Part shown: positions 24,604 through 38,858 of the stretch, piece by piece | How positions within the stretch are numbered: position 1 is the first letter of the stretch | Layout: every line of letters starts with the position of its first letter | Source of the DNA: Podarcis vaucheri | Lineage: Eukaryota | Assembly: GCA_965113315.1 (NCBI GenBank) | Contig: OZ220382.1 | Strand: one strand, 5' to 3' | DNA: 64,000 bases | Translations under genes and position numbers: made by a program | The notes under the pieces: generated by a model | Database searches by the model: none | The model's input: only the letters and a program-made list of their open reading frames with translations | Told to the model about the DNA's origin: nothing

Positions 24604-26247
24604 TATACATATAAATGGGTAAGGCTTTCATCACACAGTCTCCGTGGGAGGCTCTGTAGTAGTAAATCATAATCCTGGATTTGCATGAAGTCAGGGTTGG
24701 GCAGGGATTCAAAAGAGAAAGCAGGTTGTACAACTTCACTGGCTATGGCATGGGAGCTAAAAGGGCAAGAAGACTGATATTAGAAAGCTGTGGGAGTGGT
24801 CTGAATAGATTGGGAAGTTGTGTTGTTGCTGCTGCTTTTGTTTTAACAAAGAGAAATAGCAAATATGGGTACAACACAGAAGACACCACCAAAAAGCCAA
24901 CACAGCAGAGCCTGCCCCGACTCCCTTCTTTCTGTACTGAAACTTTGTCACTTCTGGGTTTGCCGCATGCGTAACCTGAAGGATACGCAACCAGAGGTGT
25001 GCGTATCCAGAGGTACCACTGTACTTTAAACTGCTATTTCTCCGTCAGTACTTCTCTGCTGCTGACCACAGCTGAGCTTGAATAGAAGGGTGTGAATGAA
25101 GTCAGAAGAGCAGGAACATACCTTGCATTCACAGGAGCCTTAAATTCAGAGATCAGTGACCTTTTCAACTCTGAGGGCCACATTCCCATCTGGGCAACCT
25201 TCTGAGGGCCAAATGCCAGCAGTGGGTGAGGCCGGAGGCAAAACTGGGCAAAGCAACAAATGTGAATTTTACCTTTATACAGCATGTGCTCACACAAAAA
25301 CACTCGCACTGCTCTCTAGCCTTTATCCAGGCAGGCAAGAGTCATGATCAGGACCAATGAGGTGTACAGCCTGGAGAGGGGAATGTTCTGAGGATTAGGC
25401 TTGAAGGTTCCTCCACCTTGCTTTAGTCATTTTATTTATTTCCCACAAAATGCAGATTCTTTTTTGTGGCATACAATTTTGTACATACAAAATACAATTT
25501 TGTACTCTTTGCTTTAAATGATATTGAGACTACTAAGGTTAAAGCTATGTTTGGTAGGAGGTAAGGCTGTGATTGCTTTGTTACACCCCCCTCCCATACA
25601 CACACACACACACACACACGTATGTGTGTGTGTGCACGCGCATGTATATATATGTATATGTATATATATGTATATGTATACACACACCCTGCATACACAC
25701 GCACACAAACGCACACACGCAGCTAGCAATTTGACTACATTACAGCTGCATATTTGTGGCCTGCTGCTGCCACTGAAGATGCAGTTGCTATGGCAACGTG
25801 TCTTACCAGCTTCCTTTTGTATGCCATATGCATCTCTGCAAGATAAGCCAACCTTCCTGGTTTATTTTTAAGCCACCACATGCGTTTAACACCTTCCTGT
25901 CTAGGGACAGCCTATCCAAGTGTAAGAGCAACCTGGAATATCTGTTTCAGCATAGCAGCAATATAGAGCTAAGGATCAATGAAGATTGATGGTTATGAGG
26001 AAGAAGAAAATAATATTGTTGTATGATGACAGAGTACTCTTCCATGTCTGATTGTTCCATTAAAAGTCTTTTTAAAAGATTTTATAGAAATGTGTCACTT
26101 GCTCTGTGAGAGGCTAATAATCTCACATACTACTAATTTTCTAATAATAATTTATTACTATTTATTTGAGTGATGGCATTTGAGAATCAAACATTATCTC
26201 TGAAGAAATGGGAGAAGTTTTAGAGCAGAACAGGGTTATTTTATCTA

Positions 26248-26487
26248 CAGTGGTACCTCGGTTTAAGAACAGTCCAGTTTAAGAACGATTTGGTTTACAA
26301 ACTTCGCAAAACCGGAAATAGTGTCTTGGTTTGAAAACTTTACCTCGGTCTAAGAACAGAATCCAAACGGTGGAAGGACACTAGCGGCAGGAGGACTCAT
26401 TAGGGAAAGCGTGCCTCGGTTTAAGAACAGTTTTGGTTTAAGAACGGACTTCTGGAACCAATGAAGTTCGTAAACCAAGGTACCACT
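26248..26487. mobile_element. Tc1/mariner MITE (CAGTGGTACCTC family)
   Basis: TIRs CAGTGGTACCTCGGTTTA / TAAACCAAGGTACCACT. Confidence 0.8.
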
Positions 26488-26560
26488 TCATTAGCAATTG
26501 ATTTAGTCACTGCGAGTTGATGCCAACTGAGGTATTTGTGTCTATTTTGGGGTTATTATA

Positions 26561-26593
<33 letters not shown>

Positions 26594-27764
26594 TTATTAC
26601 TTATACCCACCCATCTGGCCAGGCCTCCCCAGCCGCTCTGGGCAGCTTCCAACAGGATTTTAAAAAACACAGTAAAAGATCAAACATTAAAAACTTCCCT
26701 AAACATGATTTTAAAGATATGAATGGCAGAAGGTTTTAGATAGATCTCTTCCGTTCATAAAACTATTTAGCAATTCAATGACTGAGAGCCAGTTCTACTC
26801 CAGCACTTGAAAGGCATTTCAAATTGGAACACACCCATGTTCAAAAAGATGTTTCCAGAATTCAGAGGCTGGAACAACATGACAATATTTGATTCATAAT
26901 TTGCAAAATGCTGTTTCCATTCTCCCACTTTGCAGGTTCACATTAACAAAATAATAACAATAATCTAGCAAGTATCTCCCAGTGTTGAAAGGAAGCTGGC
27001 CTGAGATCCATATTAATAAGATTCCTGAACTCTCTCCAATGCCGCAACAGAGGCTTGCCCTTCATTTAGAAACAGGTACTCTGTTCAAGTTGCTTCAAGC
27101 TCCCTGCCACAGGAACACTTTGCTTCTTCATTCTAAAACATGTTCACTTCCTTGAGTAATGAGAAGACTTGGTCAAACCCTACAGAATTTAGCTTCCTCT
27201 GTGTGAGAGAGCACTGGAATATAGTTTATGTATACAGTGATGTTACACCCCAACCCAATCTCTGAGCAGTGATAGATTCCAGGGGTTCCAGGCTTCCTTG
27301 GAATGAGGGGCAACAGAAACTGTGGTGCCTTTAGGGCATATGGTTTATATATGCATATATACAACCTGAGCCTAACCCGCATTAGCACCCTAACAGATCT
27401 TGCTTCCCCATTAGGTTTCCAGGGGAGCCCCAAACGTGTCTCTGACTCTCTAGCTTCTGCCCACTCTTCTCACTCAGCTCACGAACACTGCTTTCTGCCT
27501 ATTGCCCTTCTACGTACCAGCCAGGTGAGGAGGTTGGAAGATCCACCCATTAGCCAGAAGGGCACCATCACTTGGTTGTAGCTCTGGCAACCCAACTCAT
27601 TCTTTTGGGATGCCAATAAGAACACTTAAGTGGTCAGCTACAGGTTATCTCACAAAGGAACTTGTCTGATTAGTTCAACAATAGAATCCTCCATTAGATT
27701 TTAATACAGGACCCCAAGAACTGGAAGGGACTCAGATTGACCCCCTAAACCTGCAACAATACAC

Positions 27765-28200
27765 AGCCTAGGACCCTCGTACCTACGGGACCACCTCTCC
27801 CGGTATGCCCCACGGAGGACCTTATGGTCCATAAATGGCAACACCCCCTAGGTCCCAGGCCCTAAGGAAATCAGATTAGCCTCAACCAAAGCCAGGGCCT
27901 TTTCAACACTGGCTCCAGCCTGGTGGAACGCTCTGTCTCATGACGCCAGGGCCCTGCGGGATCTGATTTCTTTCCGCAGGGCCTGTAAGACAGAGTTGTT
28001 CTGCCTGGCCTTTGGCTTAGAATCAATTTGATTCCCTCCCCCTCTTTCTTTTTTCCTTTCTCCTCCTGTGATGAGGCCGCATTTTAATGTTTTATTTTAA
28101 TCTTGTTTTTTAAGTTGTATTTCAAACAACTTGTTTTTATTATTGGTTGTTAGCTGCCCTGAGCCTGGCCTTGGCTGGGGAGGGCGATGTATAAATAAAA
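27765..28200 (+). mobile_element. L2 LINE 3' end followed by (TAA)n
   Basis: GCCTTTTC...TGGAACGCTCT...GCCTGTAAGACAGAGTTGTT motifs, then GCCCTGAG and an ATAAATAA tail typical of squamate L2. Confidence 0.7.
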
Positions 28201-28216
28201 TTATTTATTTATTTAC

Positions 28217-28253
<37 letters not shown>

Positions 28254-28794
28254 TGCAAGCAGAGCATAGTGGAAGCAAACAACCTCCAACAGTAGACAGC
28301 AGAACTGCAGGTTCTGCAAGATTCCCACCCCATGAAAAGCAACAGGATGGGTCCCCAAGGCTCCCTACTCCAAGCTGCTTCTACTTCAGGCAAACTCACA
28401 GCTCAAAACCTTGCCATTCTCTGTCTGAATTTCTCTGCCTCCCAATTCAAACTTGCATGTTCTCATTCAGCCCACATTGAGGAGGAGAAGAACACAAAGC
28501 AGAACAACAGCATGGAAAACAAAGGAGTGGAAATCTTGGGTGGGGGGACTGCTTGCCCTGATTTCCTAGTTCCTATTCTCAAGATAGCTTTAACAATCAT
28601 ACTGTTTTGCCTGAATGCCATAACAAAACTAAATGAGAATATAAACAACCCAGCACGCAACTAAAATCCTAACACAGTAACATCTAAACAAAATACAGAT
28701 GATGATGATTATATCAAGAGAGATCCTTTTGCATTTTAATAAAATGAAATGAAAGACATCCTCTGAGCAACCCCCCATTTAAAAATTTGTCTCT

Positions 28795-29127
28795 GGTGGC
28801 GCTGTGGGTTAAACCACAGAACCTAGGACTTGCCAATCAGAAGGTCGGCAGTTCGAATCCCCGCAACAGGGTGAGCTCCCGTTGCACGGTTCCTGCTCCT
28901 GCCAACCTAGCAGTTTGAAAGCACGTCAAAGTGTAAGTAGATACATAGGTACTGCTCCGGCGGGAAGGTAAACAGTGTTTCCATGCGCTGCTCTGGTTCA
29001 CCAGAAGCGGCTTAGTAATGCTGGCCACATGACCCAGAAGCTGTATGCCGGCTCCCTCGGCCAATAAAGCGAAATGAGCACGCCCACAATTGGACCTAAT
29101 GGTCAGGGGTCCCTTTACCTTTACTTT
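28795..29127 (+). mobile_element. Sauria SINE
   Basis: Same sequence as 24260-24603, with (ACCTTT)n tail. Confidence 0.9.
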
Positions 29128-29389
29128 AATCACAGCAAAGAAAAAAGAAGAGTCTCTCAGTAGCCATCTCAGAACCTCACTTGAAAGGGGGGTGTCAGTT
29201 TAAGTCCTTGAGGCCAAAGGCAGCCCTCCATCTTTCTTTCTGTCTGGTCTTGGGACTCTCTGCACATCCCCCTCTTCACTAGCCCTGCTTCAGATCTTCC
29301 TCAAGTGCTTTTGCCTGGCTAGAATTTGTCCTTGAACTGTGATAGTGATGCCTCTTGCTTACGTGGGTGGAGATGTATGTGTTTGTGCA

Positions 29390-30700
29390 TAGAGGGAAGT
29401 GGGGCAGACTGATGCAGAAAAATTTCATCTCCTATTTTATGTACCAAAATGAGTCAAATAAAAAAAATTGCTTTATGCACGGCATAACTAATCAATATTA
29501 TAATAGCAATCAAAAGAAGTTAGAAGATAATGGAAATATAATGACTTGAGTAAAAAAAATGGGTTTTGTATCATTCTGCCCCACCTACAGGGCACTTTGA
29601 TACAGTGGATGGGGCACTTTGATACAAAACGTAAATTGTATGAGAATGGTAATTATTTAGAAAAAAATAATGAAAAAACCAATTTTTATCTAGAGATCAT
29701 AATCAGCCTTACAATTTGTTACTTAAAATCTAAATTACGTATCAAAACTAACAGTCACATATATAGACTTTATGGCAGGTTTTCTTAGCAAAACATCAAA
29801 ACTTTTATTAATCTTTCCTCAAACATCCTATCCAATTTAATAAAAAAAAAACTTTGGAAAAACTTTAGAAAGTACAAGAACTCATGTTAGGTAGTAAAAA
29901 AATAGTAATTTAAACAAAATGCTTATAAAAAATAAGATAATTACTTAACGTTTAGCTTCTATTGCACATTATATCCACTGAAGTCAAAAGAAAAAGTTTA
30001 AAGAGATAATGTTTGAGATGCACCCTTTGAGAAATTTGGTTTTGGCAACTGCAAAACAACATCCTTGAAATCAATGCTTGCCTTATCTTCTACAATGGGG
30101 AAGACAAACATACAAGATCCTGTTTTCCCCCGGAGATATGACACTTGATAATCAGATATTTAGAAATGACTTTGGCCATGTAGTAAACAACGGTTTTTTT
30201 TCTTTTCAAATTTCATGAGTAGGAAATCAGTTTAGAGACTCCATGTAAACTTGTATATTGGGGCACTATTGTACACTAGCGGGGCACTTTTATACGTATC
30301 AATGTGCCCTGTGTCTTAGTGTATCAAAGTGCCCCAACAGACGTTTTCAGAAAACTAAAAGTTATTAATAAAACCACTGAACTTACTTACACTTACATGT
30401 AATCCTGATTACTGAGTGGGATAACTTACCTTTGGTATTTTTAAATCTTAACAAAACAACATAAAACAGCATTGGAACACTTTTACATTTCACGTAATTT
30501 TTCAGTTAGCTGCACTAAAAACACACCTACTCCCGTCAAATGCCAACAGGGAACTGGCGGGTGGCATGGTCGCAACTGTTGTACTCACACATGTATAGAC
30601 ACGTTTTATTGATGTTATGACACGAATAACGTTTCTCGATATTGAAATATTGTTGGTGTATCAATGTGTCCCTTGCATCAATGTGTCCCGCCTCCCCCTA
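29390..30700 (-). mobile_element. pogo/Tc-like DNA transposon deletion derivative(s) with a transposase C-terminal remnant
   Basis: Repeated GGGGCACTTTGATACA-like subterminal motifs in both orientations, ending ...CCGCCTCCCCC|TA; degenerate coding remnant at 29959-30228. Confidence 0.6.
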
Positions 30701-33691
30701 GTTTGTTTTCATGGCTGAAATGAGTCTGTTTGTAGAAAGATATGAGTTACGTTTGTTTCTTTGCCGTTTTTGGCTTTGGCCCTCTCCACCCCTGGGCATG
30801 AAGCCCCAAGAAGGCTTCCCTTGAGGCAATGTGACTTTTGAGCTAAGAAAGATGCCACACTCCTGATGCAGACCAATAATGAATCTGAGGCATAGCTGTC
30901 AACTTTTCCCTTTTCTTGCGAGGAATCCTATTCGGAATAATGGAATTTCGCTTAAAAAAAGGGAAACATTGACAGCTATGTTCTGAGGAGGGAACTGAGA
31001 GGAAGGCAGCCTGGGAGAAAAGGAGGGGGAACAGAATCATAGTAAATGAATACACGCAGACTGTTTTAACAACATCCATCCTGCGCAGTCAAAGACATTT
31101 GCTAAATAAGTGCAAAAATGTTCCCCTTATCAGAAATATTAGGACGCTGCTCTTTGTTTTCAGCTTCTGCTAAAGAAAAAGTTGTTTAAGCAAGTTATGT
31201 AAATTTCACATGCAATATTATTTTAGAACGTGCTTTTTTTAGTGCTGGTTTTATTTATAAGCATTTTTTAAGTGACCTTGTATTTAACATCTGATCGTAC
31301 CAGTAATTAGAGTATATGTTATGCAAACCACTTACAAGTAAATAACATGTTAAGTAGCATATTAATTCTATTAAATAAATATAAATAAATAAATGTCAAA
31401 CTAGAGCTGAGCCAAAATGATAAGAGCTACAGAATGGAAACAGTACGGAGTGTGACAAATACAGATCGGAATTGAAATCAATGTCATTTTACATCCAAGT
31501 TTAAATACAGTTTTGGTCCATGATAAAAGAGAGTCGTGCAAGCCCTGATTTTGTCTTGTCAAACCAGATTGGCTTAACAAACCAATACATTATTAACATC
31601 AGCAACATCGCTACAGCTTGGACTCGAAATTCACTGCCTGGTTTGTGGTTTGAAGTTTCAAAAAGGAATATGTGAAAATAGTTTTTAATTTGAATTCTGA
31701 AACACGGCCCAATTTTAACCTGTGTGTGAAATTGTATTTCACCTACATCAAAATATACTGGGATCAGTCCATGATCTATGCTAGTGGTTCCCCAACTTTT
31801 TCAGGACACTGTCCCACTTGGTTCTATAAACTCATCCCAAGCAGCCACTACGCTATAAAAAGCATTATTCAGAAAAGCGGTTTGCACAACCCATGAAGGA
31901 CACAATAAAATTCAAAACAGTAATTGCACATTTATTCAAAAGATAAATGTATGCAAAAATAAATATATGTTCTGATCTAATCTTGTAACTAAAAAAAAAA
32001 AGAATATACAGGAAAAGAATATTGCATGAAAAATATTTTTAGGCATTCTTACTACTGAAAATACAAGGGTGAAGGAATTTCATAGTATAAATTGTTTATA
32101 TATAGATACCTCCAAAATATGCAAAAACCTTCAACTACCACAGATGTACAGTAACTAATTTATAAGACAATCAATATTACCAATAATTGGCTATATTGTG
32201 GTTTGTTACAACTAAGAATCATAAATACAAACAAATGTGACTAAAGCAAACAACTTTGGAAGCGACAAGAGCAATAAAACTTTAAATATAAAACAAGTAA
32301 GGTGTTTCGCTTTAGGCTCTCGCCTAGTCAATACTAAATAAGAAATCAGTGCACTCAGAAAAGCCCACCTACAGCACCCCACTGCTGCCCCCTTGCCTTT
32401 TAATAAGGGGGGGGATGTAACCACCTCCACAACTTAATGCTTAATGGGGCAGTGTAGGGGTGGCTCGGAGGCTTTGTAGATACCAGGGGTAGCCATCAAG
32501 GGCACCATTGCATGTATAGGCACTATGCCAATGAGCCTTGCCTTTGGATTACAGCACAATTGCCCTTCTAGGGTGACGGAAGCAGTAGTAATAATAAATT
32601 ATCCAGTTAAAACAAACATACCCTCTAAAAATTGAGTGGCAGTAATTAATACAAGGGCAATGAATAAAAGCATTTAATAAAAAGCTTCAGCATTTAAAAG
32701 TGGACAGAAATAAAAAACATCTAAAGCTTTTTCCCTTAAACATTTTCAAGATTAGGGCTACATCATTTGTTTCGTGGAGGAGAAAGTTGTGCAATCACAG
32801 GGGGCACAATTTGCACACATGATGTATCTCAATCATTTAAGATGATTAATTGAATCGTACTGATTTGCTGAATCCTGATGTAATTTCCCCATGAATAACT
32901 CCCCGCTCTCAAACAAAAACAACCCCACACACTATTAAAGCAACATTGGCCATGCGGGTCAATGATGCCAACTTTAAAAATGAAGATGAAACATTTTTAT
33001 TATTTGTTTCAGCTGAGGATTGTTGAGTAGATAGTTTTATACAGGCATCCCCAAGGCTAGTGTCTCAGGTCAGGTCCTGGTGGAGAACAATAAAAGGCCC
33101 TCTGCACATGGTCAAAATCAGCCCTCCTTTACCAGCACCTAACATATCCCTGCAGTGACTCCAATCATGAAAAACTGTTCCTGACTCAAATCTGGCTTGA
33201 ATTAATCCATACTCTCTTCCACCTCTTGGAAAAGAAGAACAAACATTTATTGGGCCTGTGCAGATCTAACATATCTCATCCTATTAAGCCACAATATGCC
33301 CAAGCCTTGTCCACACAGTCCCTCTCTTTCCTCCTCCTGTCACAACATGCCACAGTTGAAGACTTCATGGGTTAATTAATCATGGATTCCTGCTTCATTA
33401 GAACTGGGAAACTGAGGTTACTGGGATTGGGGAAACTTATATCTGAATGCAATTTCACCCAACGTGATCCTGGTAACCATAGATTCCTGGTTCAGACATA
33501 ACAGGGGACAACTGTTGGTTAACCCAGGAAATCTGGTGCACACCAAGAGGGAGCAAGGAAGAGGTGGTAAACAAGGCTTGGGCACAGCTTGTCTCAATAA
33601 ACTGATATACATTATGCCAAAGCCAGGCCATTAAGAGGTGAGAAACAATAGAGATAATCATACTCAAGTAGAATAGGTACTTCACAAATAC

Positions 33692-33859
33692 CTGTGGGCG
33701 TTTCCATTCCACTCTCCCCTGTGGAGGAGTGTTGTAGAAGAGAGATGCATCGCAAGCTGGAAATTCAGGGTCTTCAAAGAGCTTGCCTTCTTCAAGGCAT
33801 TGCCGCTTGAGTTCGAAGTAATTTTGGTCCTTGAAGGGTTTTGCCGTTGTAGAACGCAT
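33692..33859 (-). CDS. CAPN6: Calpain-6 (CAPN5/6 subfamily), first coding exon (exon 2), aa 1-56
   Basis: GCCATG start; translates MRSTTAKPFKDQNYFELKRQCLEEGKLFEDPEFPACDASLFYNTPPQGRVEWKRPQ (calpain N-terminus with FEDPEFP and WKRP motifs); 168 nt; donor CAG|gtattt; pyrimidine tract and AG acceptors 6-10 nt upstream of the ATG. LFYN..G.V.WKRPQ is closer to CAPN6 than to CAPN5. Confidence 0.9.
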
Positions 33860-36800
33860 GGCGATCTGTCTAAAGCCAGATGAAGACAAATCGTTTTGTA
33901 AAAACTGTTTAACCAACATATCAGTCTAAGACATGAGCAGCAAGAAGCAAATCCAAGGCAAGGCCGATCATCTTTACAAATGATGGATTGCAAATTAAAA
34001 GAAGGGTACAGGTATGGCAGAATTGATGGGCTGAAGAGTAATAAAGAGCTATGTGCCTAAATACTTGTGGCATTCTCTCTCTTTCATGAAGGATGCCAGT
34101 GGGGACTGATCCATTGGGGCAAATGTTGAGGTGCTGCCCACCAACTTCATTCTGCTCTGAGCCAGTATAGTCTACTCTGATTCTTCGCAAATATAATCTA
34201 AAGTCTCTCCCCGTCATTTTCTGCCTTGTCCCTTTAAACAGAGATTGTAGCGATATGAACACTGCTTATCTGGAGAAAAATTCAGCATAACCGCTGACTC
34301 TTTGTGAATAATGCAGTACTTTTTTTGGACCATGCAACTGGGTGCCCATGGGCCTTTCTAATGGGATTGACACCCTCCCAGAAAAGCAGCTGGCCCTGAA
34401 CCTTATTATTGCATCATTCACATGCAACCCACAACTTTTTAGGATCACACCATGGTGAAATGATTTCCGTGCCATGATTACCTTGTTCAATGTATAATTA
34501 ATGTTAATATTAGGCAGGCATCTTCATTGCATTGTTTTCTGTTGTTGTTTAGGCCAGCTGAATCATAGAATCAGAGAATTGAATAGTTGGAAGGGACCCT
34601 GAAGATCCAACTCCCTGGAATGCAGGAATATACAGTTGTCCCATACGGGGCTCAAACCCACAACACTGGAATTATCAGCACCATGCTTTAACCAACTGAG
34701 CTGTCCAACTAAGCCAGGCATATAATTTTATTGTTCATATTTGTTTCTAAAACAGTTGATTTTAAGTATTTTTTTTAATAGTGTTGTCTGCTGCTTTTAA
34801 AGTTTTTTGGTTTTTAGGTTATTTTTAATAAAGGTATTAAACTCATGTAAGCTATTTTGCTAAACGAAATTTAAAACAAAATTCATCCTTTGGAACACAT
34901 TACAAGAACAGAAAGCAGAAGGGCCTGGCATGCCGAAAGTCCCTAGTTTGATCCCCGGCAGTTTCAGGTAGGACAATATTCCTGCCTGAAACCCTGGAGA
35001 GCTGTTGCCAGTCAGTGTAAACAATATTGCGCTAGATGGAGCAATGGTCTGACTCAGTATGAAGCGGCTTGCCTCACTGAAGATCTCACTTCATGAATCT
35101 TACGATAACCACAAAGCTTACACTATAACAAATAGATTAATTTAAGGTTCCACAAGATTCTTTTTGTCCTCTCTCACACACAGAAGCACTGCAAATTTGA
35201 GGTGGGGGTATAAAGACTGGACGTGGACCAAAAATACATTGTCTTCTTGGGTAGGATGGAGATCGTTAGTTTGTGATACAACTCATTGGCATATTCTGAT
35301 TTAAAAAAAAACCCAAAACACTGCAGTGGATAAACTGCAAATGCGTTTTATGAACATGTCCCAGCCTAAATCAGCTCAAGGGAAATATTCTCTCCATATG
35401 TCTGCAAACTGCTGTGCCGCAATTCACACAGGTCGGATTTTAATGGTCATCACCCCACACCCCCTTTTCTGCTTTCAGTACACAACACTGATTAGGAATC
35501 TCCTGAGGTTTTCCGACAACATCATGGTTCAGTGCATATTATAAAAATGTGATCTAACAAGTTAAGGCTGCAGGGAAAAATAAGGTGTGACTTTGTGGGG
35601 TGGCGGTTGGGGGGGAGGGAGGAGAGGATGTGATTCTGTATGAGTTAATCACCACCACAACTATCACAATGGGAGAGGGGCTCTTCCTTCCATAATTAGA
35701 GTAGAAACGTAATCAACAGAAGCATCTGCTGCCCACAAACGTTTATCACAAGGTTATAACCTTGTACTAATCTTCTGTGCTGTGTAAAAAGATCTACCCT
35801 GATTATCTTATTCCACCTCCGCAGAACCTTTGCAAGACAATGCATTAATGAAACACGGCTTTACAGATATCCGCTGCACGGATCTGAAGGCCTCACTTAG
35901 AGTGGCCCATCAGCCAGCTCATTCATACGCGTAACGGCATATAGGAGCACATTACTGTCCTGAGCCGTGTAATGTCACCCAGAGGAGGGACTGGTACAAC
36001 ATTTGGGGCTTTTTAAACCTGGAGGTTGGAGGAGATGAGTAAGGGGGAAAGATGGATGCTTATAAAATTATGCATCCTATAGTAAAGCAGGAATGGAGAA
36101 GCTGCAGCCCTCAAAATATTGCTGGAATAGAGCTTCCATCTTTCCGTGCTATTGGTCATGCTGGCTGTGGCTGATGTGAGTTGTAGTTCCACAACATTTG
36201 GAAGGACCCCACTCTCCCCCATTCCTAGTTCAGAGAAAGCGGGTGTGGAGAAGTTTCTCACTCTCTCACACAGAACCAGGGTTGGGGACCTAATTGTTAA
36301 CAAACATATTGGTCAACATAATGCTCTCATGCACACTCAAACACACACATTACGAAATGTTGGTTGTTCAGTTGTGAGTGCTGCAATAATATTATCATAT
36401 TTATTATATATTATGATCGTCATACAATTGCATTTAAGTGGGTTTCCCCCCTGTGCACTGCTTTGAGTCCAAATGGTATTTGGAGTAAATGTGGTATATA
36501 AATAAACTCACCATGACTAATGCCATCAAAAACATATAATCTGCTGGTTTTTAATTTCGGTCTTCAGTTTAATGGAAGATACATTTTAAAAAGATCTCTA
36601 CAGGCTGCTTTTTAATCTAAGTACAGTTACGGCTTGATGAAATCAGTCAGTAATGCTGTTTGTTTTTAATTGCTGTGTATCTGTGATTTATGGACTTTAT
36701 TTTTTGTAGCCCCCTGAAGGAGGCTTTTAAACCAAGATTGGCTGGAACACGCTGAGTTGCCATAAAATGAACCCCCCCCCCAGCCTTTTGGCAAACACTC

Positions 36801-38858
36801 TAGGTTTGGGGCAGATTCAGGGCAGATAAAAGGATGTACTTCTTTACACAATGTGTAGTTAAAGCGATGAAATTTGCTACCGCAACATGTGGTGATGCTG
36901 GCTACCTACTTAGAGCTTTAAAATAAATTAAGGTCAGAATGGTCAGTTGCAATCATGGTTATTATGCTACCTCTGCGATTAGAGCCACTATGCCTCTTCA
37001 TAGCAGTCAATGGGGAACAACAGTAGGAGACAGGGCTATTGCATTCGAGTGCTGCTGGTGGGTTTCTATAGGCTTTGGGCAGGCTGTTGTAGGAAACTGG
37101 CTGGTCCTTTCCCCCCATTCACACACACATGCGAGTGGCCCCAGCTAGTCCAGCTCTACAGCAACTGCCCCATTCATCTATATATGATCCTATTTTTAGT
37201 TATGTGATTTATTTTTAGTTATGCAGTAAGTAACCCTGTTAAATGGCACATAATGTATGATGGAAGTTGTTTGTTTTTGCGTGATGCCTTCAGAACTCTC
37301 CATCCAGCTGTTTACAACCCTGAGAACTCTTCCATCCACAAAATTGGCTCCAGGGGGTTGCAGTTCATACACTGTGCACAGTGTATGAACCACAAGGAAC
37401 TATGATTTCTAAGGTTGCCAACTTTTCGACTTGTTCACATAGCTCAGCCTTTAATAGCAGCTTAGTATGCAGGAATTAGCAGGTGATAGTATTTAAATCC
37501 ATGCAATGAAAGATAATCATGGGCTAATCCTTGCATACTGAGCACTTTTCTGAATGGCAAAGTTATAGTGGCCAGTTGAAAAATTGGCAACCCTTGTATC
37601 TTCTGAATGACTCAGACTTCCTTTGGAATCAAGAGCATACCTGACGCCTTGGCATGACTTAATTTTGAATTGTGTGAAAACATGCAGAGTTAATCCCCAT
37701 GAATAGAATTGGTTGAGTGAATCAAACTATGGTTCAGCAGTTGCCCTGGGAAGCTACTTTCCCCCATTCAGTTTTGCAAAATGCCTGGCCCATCAAGCTG
37801 CATGGACCTCTCACCAGGAACGTAGGAGGAGAGCCAATTTCCTGATATTGTCACCTGCTTGGGACTCGCAAAACAAAGTAGATACGCTCCAACTATTTCA
37901 ATTTACCAGGGGCAGCCTCTCAAAATACAGAAAGGCCAAAAAGTGTCTTGGTGTGTAGGTCACTGTTGCTTACTGGGAGGCAGATGGGGAGGTCAGAGGT
38001 GGTGGTGTGTTCCGTTAAGTGTAAATGCATCTGCTGGGATTGCCTGATCGGTGTAGTGCATATGTGCTGGTGAAACCAATCTCCCCACCATTTTGCCTGT
38101 TTCCTGCCCGGTAAGCAAGGGTGTCCTACCTGCCATGAAGCTCATGTAGAAGTTCTGTTCACTTTGTTTGGTTGTCCCAGGTAGGCAGCAAAGTCAGGAA
38201 ATACAACAGTCAGGTGATTTTATACTCTCTTACAGCCCCCCACACCATTTAGATGGTAATGTGCATTACTTCACTTACTGCAGAATGTGATGAGCCAGTT
38301 CTGCTATATTTATTAGCTCTTCTGCTCATTCTGCCGAGCGGGGCTTGGACATTTGCCCCAGAGTCCTGCCCTGACAGTGCCACTGCCCAAATTGATGTGT
38401 CCCTAAATTGTCTTTTGGAGAGAGGCAGGAAAGGGACCTTTAAAAAATGCCGGTTCTGCAAGTTTCAGCTTTCGTGTGGCTGGACCTAAAAGGGATCGGC
38501 ATCTTCAAACCTTGCTCAGAAACGAAGGTTTCAGCAGGCGTGCCTTGTATGTCGAGCTATATCTGCTGAAACCCTAATTTTTACAGAGCTAACTGATGTA
38601 AAGAAACCCTGTTCTGTTTAGCATCTGGCCACCCTGTTTAGCACTGCCCACCCTTGGTCAGCACTGCCATCCGGTTAGGACTTTGGAGAGGACATCCGTA
38701 ACCCCACTCAGCAACAAGACCAGAAGGCTGCCCAAAGGCAGCGGAACTGGCTCAACAATATTTTGCCCTTAAGTGAATTAATACGCAGTACCATCTAAAC
38801 AGAGGGGTGACGTAAGACCCATTAAGGCTCCTAGTTCAACTTAACTGAGAGTAAGCCC

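Noticed and set aside
9897-33691. Nested OMP gene (expected if this were CAPN5)
   Set aside because: No OMP-like ORF in introns 2-3, although the gap hides an unknown amount of sequence.
33860-33919. In-frame upstream ATG (MLVKQFLQ...)
   Set aside because: Falls upstream of the exon-2 acceptor, in intron 1; the GCCATG at 33859 matches the family N-terminus.
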